Of a stretch of DNA of 64,000 bases, positions 19,672 through 30,567 are shown piece after piece (position 1 is the stretch's first letter; every line of letters starts with the position of its first letter). The DNA is from Candidatus Eiseniibacteriota bacterium (GTDB lineage: Bacteria > Eisenbacteria > RBG-16-71-46 > JABDJR01): assembly GCA_963762255.1 (NCBI GenBank), contig CAVXKA010000002.1:1088001-1152000 (forward strand), in the 5' to 3' direction. The notes beneath the pieces were generated by a model, which saw only the letters and a list, made by a program, of their open reading frames with translations, searched no databases and had not been told where the DNA came from. The position numbers were made by a program, and so were the translations under genes.

Positions 19672-21270
19672 CCGCGAAGAAGGATCTGGTCGAAGAACGC
19701 GGCGGGACGCATGGTGCCGGCTGTGGTGAACGGCCGCGAGCAGACGCCCTACAAGGGCGTGAACAAGCACGTGCCGCAAGGCGCCAAGCACGGGCCTCCG
19801 ATCCGCTCCTGCGCTGACTTCCCGGCGAACGGCGACAAGCGCGCCCCCGATCTCGAAACCGCGCTCAAGCTCTGCGGTCTGCGCGACGGCATGACGATCT
19901 CCAACCACCACCACCTTCGCAACGGCGACGTGACCGCGCTGGCCGCGCTGCGAGGCCGCGGAGCGACTGGGGGCCAAGGACCTGATGTGGTTCCCCAGCG
20001 CCTCCTTCCCGTCGCAGGCGGCGGTCATCGACCTCATGGATCGCGGCGTGGTGCACCACATCGAGGGGAGCATGAACGGGCCGCTCGGCGAGTACTGCTC
20101 CCGCGGAAAGATGCGCGGGCATGGGCGTGCTGCGCTCGCACGGCGGGCGCTGGCAGGCGATCCAGGACGGCGAGGTGCACATCGACATCGCGGTCATCGC
20201 CGCGCCCACCGCGGACGCGTTCGGCAACGCCGACGGCTCGCACGGGCCGTCCGCGTGCGGCTCGCTGGGCTTCGCGCTCGCCGATTCGATCTACGCCGAC
20301 AAGGTGATCGTCGTCACCGACAACCTGGTGCCGTTCCCGTGCATCCCCTGGCAGATCCAGGGGAACAACGTCGACGTGGTGGTGCAGGTGGACTCGATCG
20401 GCGACCCGGCCAAGATCGTCTCCGGCACGACCCAGATCACCAAGAGCCCGGATCGGCTGCTGATCGCGGAGCAGATCGCCCAGTTCATGCGCGACGCGGG
20501 GATCATGCGCGACGGGTTCTCGCTCCAGGCCGGCGCGGGCGGGATCTCGCTCGCGTTCGTGGCGTACCTGCGCGAGATGATGCGCAGGAGACACGTGAAG
20601 GCGCGCTTCGTCCGCGGCGGCTCCACACGCGTACCTGGTGGAGATGCTCGAGGAGGGGCTCACCGACTATCATCCTGGACGGCCAGACCTTCGACCTCGA
20701 CGGCGGTGCGCTCCATCGCGAGCGACCCGCGGCACGTCGCCACCTCGCCGTTCACCTCCTACAACTACCACGGCAAGGGCAACTTCGCGTCGATGGTGGA
20801 CGCGGTCGTGCTGGGCGCCACCGAGGTGGACGTGAACTTCAACGCCAACGTGGTCACCCACTCGCGACGGGCTGCTGCTGCACGGCATCGGCGGCTGGCA
20901 GAACTGCCTCTTCGCCGGGTGCACGATCCTCGCCGTGCCGTCCTTCCGCGACCGCATCCCGGTCATCGTGGATGAGGTGACCACTCTGGTGGGACCGGGC
21001 GAGCTGGTCGACGTGGTCGCCACCGAGCGCGGCATCGCCATCAACCCGCGGCGCAAGGACCTGCTCGACGCGGTGAAGGGGTCGAGCCTGCCGATCCGGC
21101 CGATCGAGGAGATCAAAGCGGAGGTCGAGCGCATGTGCGGCAAGCCCGCGCGGCCCAAGCGCACGACCGAGCCGGTGGCGGTGGTCAAGTGGGTGGACGG
21201 CACCGTCATCGACACGGTGTGGAAGGTCGGCGACGACGTGCGGCCGATGACGACCGAGGGCGGGGAGTAG
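19668..21270 (+). CDS. citF: Citrate lyase alpha subunit (CoA/ACP transferase), broken by several single-base frameshifts
   Basis: Segments across frames: GLRDGMTISNHHHLRNGD, LRSHGGR, ACGSLG, SIGDPAKIVSGTT, QAGAGG, GATEVDVNFNANVVTH, DVVATERGIAINP and DGTVIDTV. Confidence 0.85.
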
Positions 21271-21276
21271 ATCCCC

Positions 21277-22002
21277 CTACTCCTGCCCCAGGATCCCTCC
21301 CAGCAATCCGCCGCCTCGGCCCCCGCCGGTCGCGCCGCCGCGAGGCAGCTTCGGCACGAGCCAGGAGAGGAACGCCTGGCTGCTGCGCGTCTGCATGTAC
21401 AGCGTGCCGCTCCCGCGGAACTCGCAGACCAGCCCTTCCCCGGAGAGGACCGTGGACTTCCAGTTCCCCACCCGGCGCACCTCGAAGTCGAGCCCGGCGG
21501 TGAAGCCGACCACGTGGCCGGTGTCGACGATGTACGGGGCGCCCGAGATCTGCACCTGATGGATGGCGCCGTAGCTCGAGAAGATCAGCGGCCCGCGGCC
21601 GGCGGCCTTCAAGAGGAAGAGCCCCTCGCTTCCGAAGAAGGTCTTCGCGCCACCCCAGCTCGCGTCCACGGTCAACTCCGGGCTGGCGGCGAGGAACGAT
21701 CCCGACTGCAGGTAGAACGCCTCGCCGGTCATCTCGATCGAGGTAATGTCCCCGGGCAGAGACGGAGCCAGGGTGATCTCCCCCGGCCCGCCCTTCGAGA
21801 CGAAGGTGTTGAAGAAGAGCGACTCGCCGCCCAGCACCGTGCGCTTGAGCGCGCCCATGAGCCCGCCCTTCATCCCGGTCGCAATCTCGAGGTTGGCCGA
21901 CATGCTGACCATCGCGCCCCCCTCGGCCTGGATGACCTCTTCGGGGGCAAGCGAGACGATGGCGAGCGAGTAGGACGGCTGGTACTTGATGTCGATTTTC
22001 AT
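21277..22002 (-). CDS. TIGR00266/AIM24 family protein
   Basis: Motifs AEGGAMVSMS, GGESLFFN, GSEGLF, VDTGHVV and SGEGLVCEFRG. Confidence 0.88.
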   Translation of the reverse strand: MKIDIKYQPSYSLAIVSLAPEEVIQAEGGAMVSMSANLEIATGMKGGLMGALKRTVLGGESLFFNTFVSKGGPGEITLAPSLPGDITSIEMTGEAFYLQSGSFLAASPELTVDASWGGAKTFFGSEGLFLLKAAGRGPLIFSSYGAIHQVQISGAPYIVDTGHVVGFTAGLDFEVRRVGNWKSTVLSGEGLVCEFRGSGTLYMQTRSSQAFLSWLVPKLPRGGATGGGRGGGLLGGILGQE

Positions 22003-22006
22003 GGTG

Positions 22007-25000
22007 TTACTCCGTCCCTTGCATCTCGTTCTGGAACGCGTCGCGAGTGCGCTGGCGCACCGGCCCGAACTGCGGCTTCACCGGAGGTTGCTCCTGGTGG
22101 AGCTTCATCACTTCGGTGATGGCCCGCTCCAACTGCGTGTCGACCCCCCTGGCCACGTCGGGAGGCATGTTCTGCACGACGATGTCCGGATCCACGCCGT
22201 GGTTCTCGATGGTCCAGCCGCCGTCCGGTTCCCACCAGGCGAACTCGGGCTGCGTCACCATGCCGCCGTCCACCAGGGTCTTGTCGCCGCGAATGCCGAC
22301 CACGCCGCCCCAGGACCGCATGCCGATCACGGGCGCCAACTTCAGCCGCTGGATCGCCGCGGGGAAAATGTCCCCGTCCGAGCCCGCGAACTCGTTGGTG
22401 AGGACGACAAAGGGGCCGTTCAACACGCGGCTCGGATACGTGAACACGCCGCCGCCGCGCGCCCGGTCGAAGCTCACTACCTCGCGCCGTAACCGCTCGA
22501 CCATCATCTGGGAGACCGAGCCGCCGCCGTTCCAGCGCGCGTCCACGACCATCCCCTCCTTGTCGAGCTGTGGGTAGAACCAGGTGTTGAACCGGATGAG
22601 GCCGTTCTGCCCCATGTCCGGGATGTGGATGTAGCCGATCTTGCCGCCGGTCTTCTCCGCGACGAACTCGCGGTTGCGCCGGACCCAGTCGACGTAGCGA
22701 AGGTCCGCTTCGCTCCCGATCGCCGTCACCACCACCTCGCGCGCACCGTCCTTGGCGTTGCGCGAGTTCACGGTGAGGACGACCTCCTTGCCCGCCATGT
22801 TGTCGAAATAGGAGTAGAACGATCGGCCGGCCTCGAACGGCCGGTGGTTGACGGCCAGGATGTAATCGCCTTCCTTCACCCCCGCGCCGGCGACGGTGAG
22901 TGGGGACACCGCATTGTCGGCCGGGTCGCCGCGGTAGATGCGTTCGATCCGGTACGCGACCCCCTCGGGTTTCACGTCCGCCCCCAGAAGCCCGATCGAC
23001 ACCTGCGGCACCTTCACGCCGGGGTCACCGCCCCAGGTGTAGGTGTGCGAGTTGTTCAACTCGCCGATCAACTGCCCGATCAGATCCTGCAAGTCGCCTC
23101 GGGTGGACAGGCGCGGCAGGAGGGTCGCGTACTGATCCCCCATCGCCTTCCAGTCCAGGCCGCCCATCGCGGCGTCCCAGAAGAAGTCGCGCTGCTCGCG
23201 CCAGGCCTCCCAGAAGATCTGATCCCACTCCTCGCGGGGATCGAGTTCGATGACCAGGTCGTCCATCTTCACCATGGCCTCGCTCAGGTCCCCTGGCGGG
23301 CTTCCGGCATCCACGACGAAGATCTTGCCCTTCTCCTTCATCACCGCGATCTTCCCCCCCTTGGCGGCGACGGCGTAGGTGGCCACCCCCTCCATGAAGG
23401 GCTTCGCTTCCTTCTTCTCCAGGTCGAAGGACATGAGGGTGTTGTCGGGTCCGCCCTCGCCGCCCCCATCCGACATCTCGGCGAACCCCTTCACCGGCAC
23501 GTTCAGATAGAACACGTTCTTGGCGGTGGCGCCGAGGCCGAAGTAGTTCCCGATGGGGACATCAAGGACAAGCACGCGTTCGGCGATCCCGTCGAAATCG
23601 ATAGCGATCGGCTCGGGGGGCTTCTTCTCCTCGTCTTTCTTCCCGTCATCCTTCTTGGCATCGTCCGCCTTCTTGGCGTCCTTCTTCTCCGCATCCTCGT
23701 CGGGAGGAAGGCCCTCGAGGTTCGCGAAGGGGTTCTTCACGTCCTTGCGCAGGGTCACCAGATAGGGCCGCGTGTTCTTGGCCTCCACGTTGTCCCAGTC
23801 CATCGTGCCCAGGAGCGGGTTCGTGTTGCGGTGGCTCAGGAAGTACAGATAGCGGCCGTCGGGATCCCATGCCGGCGAGTAGTCGTCGGTCATGGGACCG
23901 GTGATCTCGTGAACGCTCGACTCCTTGGCGTCGTAGACGTAGATCGACGCGTAGTCGGTGGGGAGCACCTTGGAGTAAGCCAGCCAGCGGCCGTCCGGGC
24001 TCCACGTGTAGTCGCGGATCTCGGCCTGGGAGCTGCGGTCCACCTTCTTCGGCGCGCCGCCCTCGGCGGGCATCACGTAGAGCGTCTGCGTCTCGTCCGC
24101 GTAGGCCACCCACTTGCCGTCGGACGACATGCGGGGCGGGAAGTACCAACCTCGCTCCGATGCCGGCTTCACCACCTTGGGCTCGCCGCGACCCCACGCG
24201 TCCGTCATCCGCATCTCGAGTTCGTGCGGCGCGTCGGTCACGTAGATGACACGCTTGCCCTCGTTGTCGAAGCTCGCGAAGTTCTCGCGCGCGCCGGTAC
24301 CGCGGGTGACCGGCAACGTCACGCCGTCCTTCACCGGCACCGAGAAGATCTCGCCGCGGGTCACCACCGCGAGCCGATCGCCGTCCGGGGAAAGGTCGAA
24401 CCAGGTGAGACTCTGCGCGGCGTCGGGGTAACGGGAGCGCGTGAGCACGCGGTCGCTCGGCAGGACGACGTCGATCCGGCGCACGGCGTCGGTGCCCGGA
24501 TCGAAGACGTTCAAGTCGGCGGCCAGCGTGAAGGCGATGCGGCCGTCGGGCCCCATCCCCGGCCAACGCGCGTCCCAGTCCTCGAAGTCGGTATGACGTT
24601 TGAGATCGCTTCCGTCCGGCAGGATCGACCAGACGTTGGCGGTGCCGCCCTGGTCGCTCAGGTAATAGATGCGCCCGGCATGCCACATCGGAAACGCGTT
24701 GCTTCCGTCGAAATTGGTGATCTTCTTGAAGTCGGCCTTCCTGGGATCGCCCACCCAGATGTCGGGGGCCGTGCCGCCCCGGTACCGCTTCCAGGTGGCG
24801 TTCTCCCACGACTTGCGATTGAACGCCCACATGCCGGTCTGCGGATCGATGTCGAGTCGAACCGCCCACCCGAGCGGGAGCTTCTCGGGGTCGCCCCCCG
24901 ACACCGGCACCTGGAACAGCTCGGGCGAGCGATAGCCGGCGGATCGGAAGCTGCGGAAGATGACCGCCTTCCCATCGGGAGTCCACCCGACGACCTCGTC

Positions 25001-25336
25001 CCCGAAGGGATGCCAGGTGAGACGACGCGGCTCGCCACCATCGGCCGAGATCACGTAGACGTCGCTGTTGCCGTCGTACTGGCCGGTGAAGGCGATCCAC
25101 TTCCCGTCGGGGGAGAAGTTCGCGAAGTACTCGTTGCCGGGGTGCGTGGTAAGGCGCCGAGCGATACCGCCCTGGTCCGAGACGATCCAGAGATCGGCCT
25201 CGGCGGAGAAAACGATGCGGTCGCCGTAGATGTCGGGGTACCGGAAGTACGCCGCTGTCCCCGCCGCCTGCGCACTGCAGGCGGCGAGGGTGAGCGCGAC
25301 ACAGCCGAGAATACAAAGAGAGAGACGGAGTCTCAT
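22007..25336 (-). CDS. Tricorn protease (S41B) with signal peptide
   Basis: PD40 beta-propeller repeats, WKRYRGG, PDZ region, GYIHIPDM, RWNGGG, NEFAGSDGD and IGMRSWGGVVGI. Confidence 0.92.
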   Translation of the reverse strand: MRLRLSLCILGCVALTLAACSAQAAGTAAYFRYPDIYGDRIVFSAEADLWIVSDQGGIARRLTTHPGNEYFANFSPDGKWIAFTGQYDGNSDVYVISADGGEPRRLTWHPFGDEVVGWTPDGKAVIFRSFRSAGYRSPELFQVPVSGGDPEKLPLGWAVRLDIDPQTGMWAFNRKSWENATWKRYRGGTAPDIWVGDPRKADFKKITNFDGSNAFPMWHAGRIYYLSDQGGTANVWSILPDGSDLKRHTDFEDWDARWPGMGPDGRIAFTLAADLNVFDPGTDAVRRIDVVLPSDRVLTRSRYPDAAQSLTWFDLSPDGDRLAVVTRGEIFSVPVKDGVTLPVTRGTGARENFASFDNEGKRVIYVTDAPHELEMRMTDAWGRGEPKVVKPASERGWYFPPRMSSDGKWVAYADETQTLYVMPAEGGAPKKVDRSSQAEIRDYTWSPDGRWLAYSKVLPTDYASIYVYDAKESSVHEITGPMTDDYSPAWDPDGRYLYFLSHRNTNPLLGTMDWDNVEAKNTRPYLVTLRKDVKNPFANLEGLPPDEDAEKKDAKKADDAKKDDGKKDEEKKPPEPIAIDFDGIAERVLVLDVPIGNYFGLGATAKNVFYLNVPVKGFAEMSDGGGEGGPDNTLMSFDLEKKEAKPFMEGVATYAVAAKGGKIAVMKEKGKIFVVDAGSPPGDLSEAMVKMDDLVIELDPREEWDQIFWEAWREQRDFFWDAAMGGLDWKAMGDQYATLLPRLSTRGDLQDLIGQLIGELNNSHTYTWGGDPGVKVPQVSIGLLGADVKPEGVAYRIERIYRGDPADNAVSPLTVAGAGVKEGDYILAVNHRPFEAGRSFYSYFDNMAGKEVVLTVNSRNAKDGAREVVVTAIGSEADLRYVDWVRRNREFVAEKTGGKIGYIHIPDMGQNGLIRFNTWFYPQLDKEGMVVDARWNGGGSVSQMMVERLRREVVSFDRARGGGVFTYPSRVLNGPFVVLTNEFAGSDGDIFPAAIQRLKLAPVIGMRSWGGVVGIRGDKTLVDGGMVTQPEFAWWEPDGGWTIENHGVDPDIVVQNMPPDVARGVDTQLERAITEVMKLHQEQPPVKPQFGPVRQRTRDAFQNEMQGTE

Positions 25337-25368
25337 GGTCCAACCTCGCTCTGAGGGGCTCGAAGAAC

Positions 25369-27525
25369 CTAGGGCTTCTTGAAGACCGCCGGATCCACGC
25401 CGGAGTTGACCTTGACCGAGGTCAGGGTCACGCTGATGAACGGCTCTCCGTCGTAGAGGATCCGCGTGCTATACGCGACTTGGATTCCGCCGACGGGCTT
25501 GTACCCGCCGAGCATCTCCTGGGCTGTGACCGGACCGCCGGTTATCTCCGACTTGGTCTTGTAGTCCATGCGCACGACGAGATGGCTCTGCTTGTCGACG
25601 TAGACCTTCCATCCTTCGACGAGCGGGTTCTGGATGAGAACGACGTCGGCGGGGAATCCCTCCACGTCGACCGGCTCGGCCAGCGCCTGTGCCTTGACCT
25701 TGGACGGATCGCGCAAGAGCGTGGTGAGATCCCGTGCCTGCTCCTGTCGAGCGGCGGCGATCGCCTCGGGGGGCATGTCCTCCACCCCGCGCGGCGACTC
25801 CAACCAGCCTGTGTCCCCGCAGATGCACTGCGTGGCCGAGCCCATGGGCGTGTTCTGCACCGCGCGCACGCAGTCGGGGAGGAGCTTCACGATGCTCTGG
25901 GTGAGCTTGATCTCCATCCCCTGCACCGCGACCACCGCCTCGGCGTCCACCGAGATGTCCTTCAACGTCTGGAGCGCCTTGCCGCCGGTTGCCTCGGCCG
26001 CCTGACGCAGGATTTCCTGCCCGCGGACGAAGTCCGCTTCGCTCGCCTTGGGGGCTTCGTCACCGGGCGCCGGCGGGATCGTGATGTCGATCTCCTTGTA
26101 GGCGCCGGCTTCGGCCTTGAGGGCCGCACCGAACTTGCTTTCCTCACCCACCACGATGGTGGCCATCTGCGACGGCGGGACCACCTTCCGCTTGGCCGCA
26201 TCGAGGACCTTCGGCCCGTCCAGGCTCTGGACCGCCGCCTGGTACTTCTGCAGGAAATCGTGGGGATAGCCGTAGTATTCGTACTGTCCGATACGGTTCA
26301 GCACGCTTCCCTTCGAGGAGAGCGCGAAGACCAGCGAGTTCAGGATGGTGTCCTTGCCGCGCTGGATTTCCTCGGGGGTGAACGGCTCCTGGATGGAGCG
26401 ATCCACCTCGTGCTTGATGTACTGCAGCGTCTTGGCCGTCGAATCGGTCTGGGTCAGGGCGTAAAAGAACTCGCCGCCGGGATAGGCCATGCCCGCACCG
26501 GATGCGGAGCCAGTGGCGTAAGCAAGGCCGCGCTTGGTGCGGATCTCGCCGAAGAGACGGCTCGAAAGCCCGCCGCCCATGATCTCGTGATAGACCTGCA
26601 TCGCAGCGTAGTCGGGGTCGTCCATCTTCATGCCGACCTGGGCCAGCACGACCGCGCTGTTCGTCGTGTTGGTCTTGTCCGCGACGAAGGTCCCGGTCAC
26701 CGCCTTCGGGTTCATGTCCGGCTCGGGCGGGAGCGGCTTGGTCGACTTCGGCCAGTCGCCGAAGCACTCGCCGAGGAGCTTCTTCATCTTCGCGGTCTCG
26801 AAGTCGCCGTACACGGTCATGATGACGCGGTCGGGATGGAAGAACTCCGCGTGGAACGCCTGCAGGTCCGTGCGGGTGATGGCCTCGATGGTGGCGTACT
26901 CGGTATGCCGCGCGAACGGATGGTCCTTGCCGTAGATCAGCTTGGGGATCTCACGGCCCAGGATCGAAAGCGGCTCGTCGTTGCGGCTCGCGATCGCGGT
27001 GCGCTCCTGCTTCCGGGCCAGGTCGATCTTGTCCTCTGGGAACGCCGGCTGGCGAAGCACCTCGCTCAGGATGTGCATCCCCTCGTCGGTGTCCTGGCTC
27101 AGAACGGACATCGTGGCGAACCCCTGGTTGCCGCCGATGTTGACTTCGACGGACGCGCCGAGCGACTCCAGTCGCTCGTCCAGCGCATCGCCGGCCATGA
27201 CGGTGGTTCCGCCGCTGCGCATCACCTCGCCGGTGATGGAGGCGAGACCGACCTTGTCCTTGGGGTCGTACATCGAACCCACGCGGACGATCGCCTGCGC
27301 GTCGACCAGCGGGAAGTCGTGATCCTCGAACAGGAAGAACACCATGCCGTTCGGAAGCACGAACTTCTCGGGCTCGATCGTCTGAATCGGGTTCAGGGCC
27401 GGAGTCGGAATGTCCTTGGGATCGACCCACGGACCTTCCGCCGCGCCCACCGCACCGGCCAGCGCCCCCACACCGAGGGCCGTCGCCAGCACCAGCAACA
27501 TCGTCTGCTTCTGGAAGAAACTCAT
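25369..27525 (-). CDS. M16 peptidase partner subunit (no HxxEH) with a C-terminal beta-rich extension
   Basis: LPNGM..EDHDFPLV, LESLGASV and SSRLFGEIRTKRGLAY; signal peptide. Confidence 0.85.
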   Translation of the reverse strand: MSFFQKQTMLLVLATALGVGALAGAVGAAEGPWVDPKDIPTPALNPIQTIEPEKFVLPNGMVFFLFEDHDFPLVDAQAIVRVGSMYDPKDKVGLASITGEVMRSGGTTVMAGDALDERLESLGASVEVNIGGNQGFATMSVLSQDTDEGMHILSEVLRQPAFPEDKIDLARKQERTAIASRNDEPLSILGREIPKLIYGKDHPFARHTEYATIEAITRTDLQAFHAEFFHPDRVIMTVYGDFETAKMKKLLGECFGDWPKSTKPLPPEPDMNPKAVTGTFVADKTNTTNSAVVLAQVGMKMDDPDYAAMQVYHEIMGGGLSSRLFGEIRTKRGLAYATGSASGAGMAYPGGEFFYALTQTDSTAKTLQYIKHEVDRSIQEPFTPEEIQRGKDTILNSLVFALSSKGSVLNRIGQYEYYGYPHDFLQKYQAAVQSLDGPKVLDAAKRKVVPPSQMATIVVGEESKFGAALKAEAGAYKEIDITIPPAPGDEAPKASEADFVRGQEILRQAAEATGGKALQTLKDISVDAEAVVAVQGMEIKLTQSIVKLLPDCVRAVQNTPMGSATQCICGDTGWLESPRGVEDMPPEAIAAARQEQARDLTTLLRDPSKVKAQALAEPVDVEGFPADVVLIQNPLVEGWKVYVDKQSHLVVRMDYKTKSEITGGPVTAQEMLGGYKPVGGIQVAYSTRILYDGEPFISVTLTSVKVNSGVDPAVFKKP

Positions 27526-27575
27526 GCCTCTGTCCTCTCGGCGATTCGATTTCCGGGTGGTCGGGTGGATGCGGC

Positions 27576-29076
27576 TCATGACTGGGGCTTCCTCATGACG
27601 CCGACCACGCGATTGCCGGGCCGGAACGCTTCCTCGGCTGCGGCCTTCACGTCCGCGGCGGTCACCGCGTCCAGGTTATCCAGGTAGCGGAAGAGCTTCG
27701 CCGTAGTCGCCCCGCATTCCCTCGTAGGTGGCAAGCTGACCGGCAAGCCCCGAATTGGAGCGCAGGCCTCGCACGAACTCCGCCCGCTGCATGGTCTTCA
27801 CCTTGGCCAATTCCTCGGCGGTCGGACCGTCCTTCGCCAGCCGGGACAGCTCTTCGTAGACCGCCGCCTCGACCGCTTCGGGAGTTGAGTCCTTGGAGAC
27901 GATGCCCTGAACGGCAAGGAGGGTCGGGTACTTGTCGCCGATGATGCCGACACCGGCTCCCGCCTGGGCGGCGATCTTGTCCTGCTTCACCAGCCGCTGG
28001 TAGATGCGGCTCGAGCGGCCGCCGCCGGCGATGTCGGCAAGAAGCTGATTGGCGAACCACTTGGGATCGCGCGAGCCGGGAATGTGGTAGCCGATGAGCA
28101 CGATCGGGAGCGCGTCTTCTTCGCGGATCACGCGCACCTCGGCCTCATGCCGCGGCTCTACCGTGCGGAGCGGCGGCGGAGCCTCGCCGGCGTGAACGCC
28201 GGAGAAGTACTTCTCGGCGAGGCGCTTCACCTCGGCGAACTTCACGTCCCCCACCACCGCGATCGTGATGTTGGAGGCGACGTAGTTCCGGTTGAAGAAG
28301 CTCTGGGCGTCATCGCGGGTGATCCGCTTGAGATCGGACGCGTTGCCGATCACCCCGCCGATGCCGTAGGGGTGCGCGTCGAACGAGGCGGCCAGCCAGT
28401 CGAAGAAGAACCGACCGGTCGGGCTCGACTCCTGGAAGCGACGCTCCTCGTAGACCACGTCGCGCTCCGTGTAGTACTCGCGCAGGACCGGGTTGGTGAG
28501 GCGGTCCCCCTCCATGCGCGCCCACAGCTCGAAACGGTTCGACGGAAGGCTGTAGTAGTACTGCGTGAAGTCGGTCCAGGTGCTGGCGTTGAGGCCCACC
28601 GCACCGCGCTCCTCGAGGATCTTGGAGTACTCGTTGTTGACGACGTACTTGCGTGCCTCGTCGCGGGCCTTCTTGTATGCGTCTTCGAGCTGGGCGAGCC
28701 GGGTCGAGTCCGTGTCGACACCCTTGTCCATCTCGCGGGACACCGCGTCCCACGCGGCGTCTTCCGCAGCCATGGCCTTCTTCTCCGCCGAGATGTCGGT
28801 CGTGCCGATGGTCTCGGTGCCCTTGAACGCCATGTGCTCGAACATGTGGGCGACACCGGTGATGCCCGGCACTTCGTCCACGCCTCCGGCATCGACGTAG
28901 GTCCAGAACGAGAAGACGGGCGCGTCGTGGCGCTCCAGAACGAGGAAGGTCAGGCCGTTGGGAAGCGTGAACTTCTTGACCTGGGACTCGAGGTCTTTGA
29001 ACCCCGCGGCGCCGGCCGGTCGTGCCGCGACGAGCAGCGCGGCCAGGGCGCACACGGAGAGCAGGCGAAACCGCAT
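27576..29076 (-). CDS. M16 zinc peptidase, catalytic subunit (frameshift near 27700)
   Basis: AHMFEHMAFKGT (HxxEH) and NAST..DFT.Y. The C-terminal LDAVTAADVKAAA is in a shifted frame ending at 27576. Confidence 0.88.
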
Positions 29077-29357
29077 GGATGGGCCTCCGGATAGAGATTG
29101 CGTGCCGAACGATGTGGGACTGGGGGGGTAAGGACGAAGCATTCTAGCGCCCGGGGGCGAGGTGAACAAGGCAGGAGTGGTGGGGGCCTGCAGCCCTGGC
29201 GCCTCTGCCGCCCCGTGGCGCGGCAAGCGCTCGCCGGCTAGACGCAAGGGTGGGGTATACTCTCCGAGGAACCCGTCCAGAGGCAGGTATGCGGTCGCAT
29301 GGCCCTGGTCAGGTTCTAAGGGCGGAAGGCGCTCCGGCGTCGATTTCGGAGAAAGCA

Positions 29358-29555
29358 ATGAGCACTGGATTCCCGGCAGGATGGGACGAAGCACGCGTGC
29401 GCCGAGTCCTCGCCCACTACGAGTCGCAGACCGACGAGGAATCGGTGGCAGAGGACGAGGCGACGTATGAAGATGTGTCCGTCACACTGATGGAGATCCC
29501 GGTCGAGCTCGTCCCCGCCGTCCGCCACTTGATCTCAGAACGCAAGCGCGCCTGA
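29358..29555 (+). CDS. Small conserved hypothetical protein (possibly antitoxin-like)
   Basis: FPAGWDEARVRRVLAHYESQTDEESVAEDEA..EIPVELVPAVR; GGAGA RBS upstream. Confidence 0.6.
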   Translation: MSTGFPAGWDEARVRRVLAHYESQTDEESVAEDEATYEDVSVTLMEIPVELVPAVRHLISERKRA

Positions 29556-29565
29556 CGCGCCGACC

Positions 29566-30567
29566 CTACAGCCGCCGCGTCCCCCCCGCGGTGACGTGCT
29601 TGAACACCGCCTCCAGCGTGTTGTCCAGCGTATGCACGCCGCGCACGGGAACGCCGGTGCCGACCACCAGCGCGGCTAGCTCACGATACGCGGTCTCCGG
29701 GTGATCGGTGACGAACTCCAGTCGGTCGGGCGCGGTGACCTTGAGTTCACGCACATGGGGCAGGCCAAGGAGCGCGGCCCCGAGCGCCCGCGGGTCGTCC
29801 GCCGAGACCTCCACGCGATGCGGATGGCGGTCGCGAAGGTCGCGCAGAAGATCCTCGATCTTGCCGAAGCCCAGGAGCCGGCCGTGCGCAAGGACACCGA
29901 CCCGGTCGGTGAGGCTCTCCACTTCGTGCAAGACATGCGAGGAGACGAGCACGGTGCGCCCGCTCTTCCCCAACACTTCGATCGCGTCGGAGAGCTCGCG
30001 GCGGCTCGGCGGGTCCACGCCAAGGAACGGCTCGTCCAATAGCACCAACTCCGAATCGTCCGCGAGCGCCAGCCCGAGCTTCAACCGCTGACGCATGCCG
30101 CGCGACCATGTCCGCACGCGGCGGTTGCCGTCGGCGGTGAGATGAATCACGTCGAGCGCGTGCGCGGCGAGTTGGCGCGCGGCACGGCGGTCGTGACCGC
30201 GGGCCAGAAATGCGATCTCCAGGTTGCGCCGCCCGGAGAGCTCGTCATGGAAGCACTGCGTCGCGGGCACGAGTCGAATGCGCGCGCGGATCGAAGCATC
30301 CGCGAAGCTGTTCCCCCCCAACACCACCGCGCGCCCCTCCTGCGGCGCGATGAGACCCGTGAGCACGCGCATGAGCGTGGACTTGCCGCTCCCGTTGGGG
30401 CCCACGATGCCGGTGATGCCGGGGCGCAGCGTGAGCGACACGTTGCTCAAGCCCACCACCTCGCCGTAGAAAACGCTCACATCGGTGAGGACGATTGGGT
30501 CGCCGGTGAACGGCGCTCTTGCAGACGGCGTGCGGCGGTCGACGCCGCTGTTCAACGCCGCGCTCAC
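29566..30567 (-). CDS. ABC transporter ATP-binding protein
   Basis: GPNGSGKST, SRGMRQR, LLDEP and SSH. Confidence 0.92.
   Translation of the reverse strand: MSAALNSGVDRRTPSARAPFTGDPIVLTDVSVFYGEVVGLSNVSLTLRPGITGIVGPNGSGKSTLMRVLTGLIAPQEGRAVVLGGNSFADASIRARIRLVPATQCFHDELSGRRNLEIAFLARGHDRRAARQLAAHALDVIHLTADGNRRVRTWSRGMRQRLKLGLALADDSELVLLDEPFLGVDPPSRRELSDAIEVLGKSGRTVLVSSHVLHEVESLTDRVGVLAHGRLLGFGKIEDLLRDLRDRHPHRVEVSADDPRALGAALLGLPHVRELKVTAPDRLEFVTDHPETAYRELAALVVGTGVPVRGVHTLDNTLEAVFKHVTAGGTRRL

Noticed and set aside
17080-20900. Dense frameshifts in lysF, the dehydrogenase and citF, read as programmed frameshifting or pseudogenisation
   Set aside because: These are many single-base indels with no in-frame stops or slippery motifs, and the protein motifs are intact. 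Low-coverage sequencing error is the most likely cause, as for the shifts near 27700 and 52195.
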